DNA of 64,000 bases from Podarcis bocagei (lineage: Eukaryota), in NCBI GenBank assembly GCA_964188305.1, contig OZ076888.1; one strand, 5' to 3'. A program made the position numbers and the translations under genes. Below, one piece after another: positions 59,843 through 64,000 of the stretch. Position 1 is the first letter of the stretch, and every line of letters begins with the position of its first letter. The notes beneath the pieces were generated by a model. The model did not search any database. It was not told the DNA's origin and saw only the letters and a program-made list of their open reading frames with translations.

Positions 59843-61459
59843 TGTTGTTGTGAACACTGTGAATTTTTTTTATTAAGGAGACCATTTGGCCATAAAGCAT
59901 TCACTAAAATAAATTGTACTTTCACCCAAGGTTTATAAATATACATATTTGCATACGGTACTTTTCTTCTAGAAAAAAAGGTACTGGTACTACGTATCCT
60001 TGAGTACCCCCCAGGAAAAAAAGCACTGCTTGAATAAATAAATATGTTAACATGCAATAAAACTCAGAGCATCACCTTTATCACATTGTCAAGGGCAGCA
60101 TTAAAGCCCATTGCTTTCAGAAAAACAGGAGGACTTTGTCCTTACCATATATACTGAAAAAGCACATTAGCCACATTCAGGAAAAATAGAAAAAGGGAAG
60201 GTATTGCATTTGTCTGAAATTATTTGATATAATTAGTCAACTTAAAACTGAAACTCGTACATTTCTGTCTTTCATTTTTCTTTTAAAAAACACTGAACAT
60301 CCACATTGATAGCTTGGCATTTGAATGTGCTTTGATGTTTCCAAGCTTTGAAATATATTTTCAAATTTTTATGCAAATTTCTGCTCCCAATTACATACCC
60401 ATTAGTTCCTCTACAACATCATCTTAATATTCTCAAAATGATTCTATGCTTCCCTAAGGCTGCAGTCCTATAGCAGTTTATCTAGGAGTAAGTCCCAGCT
60501 GAACTCAATGAGACTTGCTTCTGAGTAAGGCTTTCACTGTAAGGCTACCTACGGTCACTCAAAGGTCAGCCACAAGGCTATAGGAAGTTAAAATAGAAAA
60601 CTGAAAAGGAATCCAGAAAGTAAGTAAACCAAAGTGATTTCCTTTATTAAAGCAACATTATAAATTTAACAAGTTTGAACTATTTCCGACGCTCTGAGCG
60701 CATTGCATCTCACCAGCCATGGATTGTGGCTAGGTGCTTCCTGTCACCCACCACCCACTTTTTCAGTCCTTGATGGACCCCATATATGGTTGGGGGGTTG
60801 CACTCATCTTGGTAGGCCACAAGCTCTGCACATGTAGTGACTACTGAGTGCAATTAATTTATTCCAAATTCCTTCTGCACTAATATGCCATCTCAGAACA
60901 TTAAGCAACATTCTCTCTCGGAGCATCTGACAGATCAAGATAATTTAAATAGCAAGAAAATGTAACATGTACTGAGTAAGAAGTTTCATGCAAAAAGGAA
61001 CAAATTGGTAGCTTCAAGCCTAAGGCAAAGTCAAGATCCATTAATAGTTTCACTGCACCAGTTTGTGGGGGAAACATAATTGGCTTGAATGAAGTTCAAA
61101 TATATCTGATCTTTTACCCATTAAACATTGGATGAGCTTAATTGGTGACTTATGCATGATTTCATGGTTTATCAGACTCAAGGGATAACAGGAATTCTAA
61201 ATGCTTTGCACATCACCCCAACTTAGCTAATTAGTTTTCAAAACATTTCTGAAAGCAACTAGGACTATCTGCATTTAGAACAAGGCTTTGAAAGAGTACG
61301 TAAAGTGAATGGGCAAACTTTCTGATGGGTTGCTCAGTCTTTGTTGCACAGAAACTAAATGAAAAAGACATAAGCAGCAATGGAGGAATAATTCCCAGTG
61401 AAAGGGCTTGGAATAGCAAGCCTGTACCACATTTCTTTCTTCCTGCAGTGGGTATCATG

Positions 61460-61775
61460 TTTTTATTTATTTATCTAAAATATTTATATCCTGCCCTTCT
61501 GTCTATAAAAAATTCAGGCGCAACTTACAAAAATCTTATCAAGTACAATAAAATTAGGAGAACCACAGAAACACAGCAGAGAGATAAAACCATCAGTTAA
61601 AGCCACCTTCAACGACATACTGGAAGAACCCAAGCGTATACAAATATATTTGCCTGGGGACGAAGGGGAGCCTCCCTAGGGAGGGCATTCCATAGAGAGG
61701 GCATCACAACTGAGAAGGACCTCTTTTCCCCTCCCATCTAAGGAGGACTTGAAGGATGGCATCTGATCATAAAGT
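61460..61775 (-). mobile_element. degenerate L2-clade 3' end
   Basis: TTTATTTATTTAT...ATATCCTGCCCTT and GGGAGGGCATTCCATAG...CACAACTGAGAAGGACCTCT, matching 12095-12140. Confidence 0.65.
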
Positions 61776-62807
61776 TTTGACAGGCACTGTTAAAAGATGT
61801 TGGCATGGAATGGTGTTCTGAGATCCACTGAGGTCTCCTTGGTGGCAAGGATATCCAATGCAAAATGCTGACTTCATCCCAGGGGCATCCATCACTTCTC
61901 CAAGGAAATATAGTTTCAGTTTGCCAGATGGTGTACTGAAGGGCCAGCTCACATGTGCATGGAATCAAGCAATCATCCATTGGGACTGAACAACAGACAA
62001 ACAAAGCAAGCTGTCTCCTAGCAGTGAGCCATGTAGCTGGAGATGGCATGGATGGATCCTCTGCTATTGGCGAGATTATTCATGCTGCACCAGCTTTAAA
62101 GTGGGGTAGGGGCAGAAGACATTTGGTTGCATGTGTCCTTGGTTGCATGTATATATTCTCTCAAGAAAGAACTCATAAAGTCCATGGTTCTAATATTTAA
62201 GATAAAGGCATCCTTTATTAATATGACCATTCAACAGATTTTTCTGTAATAGTCCCATTGTGGCCAAAGGGCTTCTGTAGCTTCTCAGTCAAAAGTAAGA
62301 AATTTGAAGAGCATGGAGAGATCTCTTAAATGTATCATTTGTAAGCCTAGTAAAAAATACAAGTGCTTAAGGTCATGCAACCCACTACTGCCTGCTTTGT
62401 TTGGAAGTGCCTTACAGAGCCTCAGGTATTAAATATGTTGAGGGTTGAACTACATGCAAAACATGTACTCTGATACTGATCAGCGACTACCAAAAGGACA
62501 ATGGAAAGGGTTGTCCCAGGTCCAGTCTCCATGAGTGCCTGCCAATGCCTTATAGCTTGCACCAACATAATATGCTGGGATGGCATCCACCTGGTTCCAG
62601 CTGCAGCTATGTTTGTCGCATTGGCTTTTTCTCTCTCTCAGCACATCCCCTTGGTAGGATCATAAGAAACTGCCTTCAACCAAATCAGACAGATGATGCA
62701 TCCAAGTTAGCACTACTGACTGACAGGGTTTCAGACAGGGAACTATTCCAGCTCTAGCTGGAAATGCTGGGGATGGAATCTGGGACCTGCATGCCTAGAA
62801 GCACAAA

Positions 62808-62980
62808 ACTGTAGAGTTGGAGGTCGACTCCAAGGACCATCTAGTGCAATCCCCTGCAATGCAGGAATCTCAACTAGATTGTACGTGACAGACGGTCATC
62901 CACCTCTGCTTAAAAACCTCCAGTGAAGCAGAATACACAACCTTCTGAGGAAGTCCATTCCACAGTTGAACAGCTCTTAT
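62808..62980 (-). mobile_element. CR1 LINE 3' fragment nested in a degenerate tRNA-SINE (about 62730-63015, minus)
   Basis: TGTAGAGTTGGA...CATCTAGTGCAATCCCCTGCAATGCAGGAAT...CTCTGCTTAAAAACCTCCAGTGAAG...TTCCACAGTTGAACAGCTCTTA; flanks GGGATGGAATCTGGGACC and GCTCTACCATTGAGCTA. Confidence 0.75.
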
Positions 62981-64000
62981 CAGATGCTCTACCATTGAGC
63001 TATGTCCTTTCCCCAGTACCAGCTGGTATTTTGCTGTCTATAGTACTGTATTTTGTCTGCCAACCAATACTGGGGCCTGAAAATGTAGTAAACTCCACCT
63101 TCTACCAACCTCCACCCATACTACCAGTTGCATTTCACACACTCCATCCCTTCTTATTTCTGGTGGGTCACTACCCCCATTTCTGCCCTTTGGGGATGTT
63201 AGAAAACATTGGTGTTAGTTTCTAGAAGGGTCATTCTTCAGGAGAATTCACGCACCCCCACCCCCTAAGAGACCCTAGAAGTTAAATCTCATTGTAGTGT
63301 GTATTTTGCCTCCAGGCACATACATATGAATGCTAAGGCATCTTGCGGTGCACAGCTTGCCACTTTATAACATGCAGTTCCAGAGATACCTTTTGAACTG
63401 CTGGTAGTCTGTTGCAAGGCAGAACCTTCAGCAAGCTACACCCAGGGATGCTCTCCAACCGTACAAGAACTGGGATGTTTCAAAGGTATGCCTATTTTGT
63501 CTGTGAAGTCTTGAAGGGTATGCCATGATCTGAAAAATTCTATCCTAGCCCTACCCTTCCCAATTCATTCAGTTACAACCACAGGATACCAGGTCCTCAT
63601 AACCAAATTCTGTCATGCTTGTCTGGCCTTACTCCTCCTTGAAATAAAAAGTTGACAACCTTAGGCCCAGCCTACTGCCACCATTAGCATGGCAGATGGC
63701 TAACAAATGCAAATGAAGTTTGTGACTTCATCGCCATGGCAGAATCATCACAATCTCACTCCTCACCCTGCCCTGCTGATGCCACTGGAGGGAGGCTATT
63801 GCTGCAGCTCCTCCACACAGGTGAGCTGTTGTTATATGGACATCAGCAGAAGTTATTGCTGATAGATTGCAGAAAGCGAGATCAATATATAGCAGGAACA
63901 TCCAACTCCCAAGAGACTGCGATCTACTCCTAGTATAAAAAAACTGGCAGTGATCTACACATTGTCATTGGAGGGAGGGGGAGCGTGGTGGGTGGGTGGA

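Overview
Vertebrate genomic DNA, almost certainly from a squamate and most likely a lacertid lizard (Podarcis-type Sauria SINEs). It is AT-rich and intronic or intergenic, with no host protein-coding exon I can identify confidently. The three long ORFs are all retrotransposon ORF2s. One is a 5'-truncated L2-clade LINE (minus strand, about 11.9-13.7 kb). Two are L1-clade LINEs (plus strand): 28.4-32.6 kb with a complete, uninterrupted ORF2, and 39.3-42.1 kb, each with a 16-bp target-site duplication (TSD). The rest is a mosaic of Sauria and other tRNA-derived SINEs, CR1, L2 and BovB tails, hAT- and Tc1/mariner-type MITEs, solo-LTR-like segments and microsatellites. The most interesting items: (i) two young Penelope-like hairpin insertions carrying a minimal hammerhead ribozyme motif, plus two older hammerhead relics; (ii) a 1142-bp non-coding L1-mobilised element with an 18-bp TSD whose 5' end carries adjacent CTCF and YY1 motifs; (iii) a composite MITE-like element that has captured an L2 3' tail; (iv) a CpG-rich multi-hairpin cassette between 10-bp direct repeats; (v) a perfect 55-bp palindrome centred on an AP-1 site. 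Family names come from recalled consensus motifs, not from database searches.
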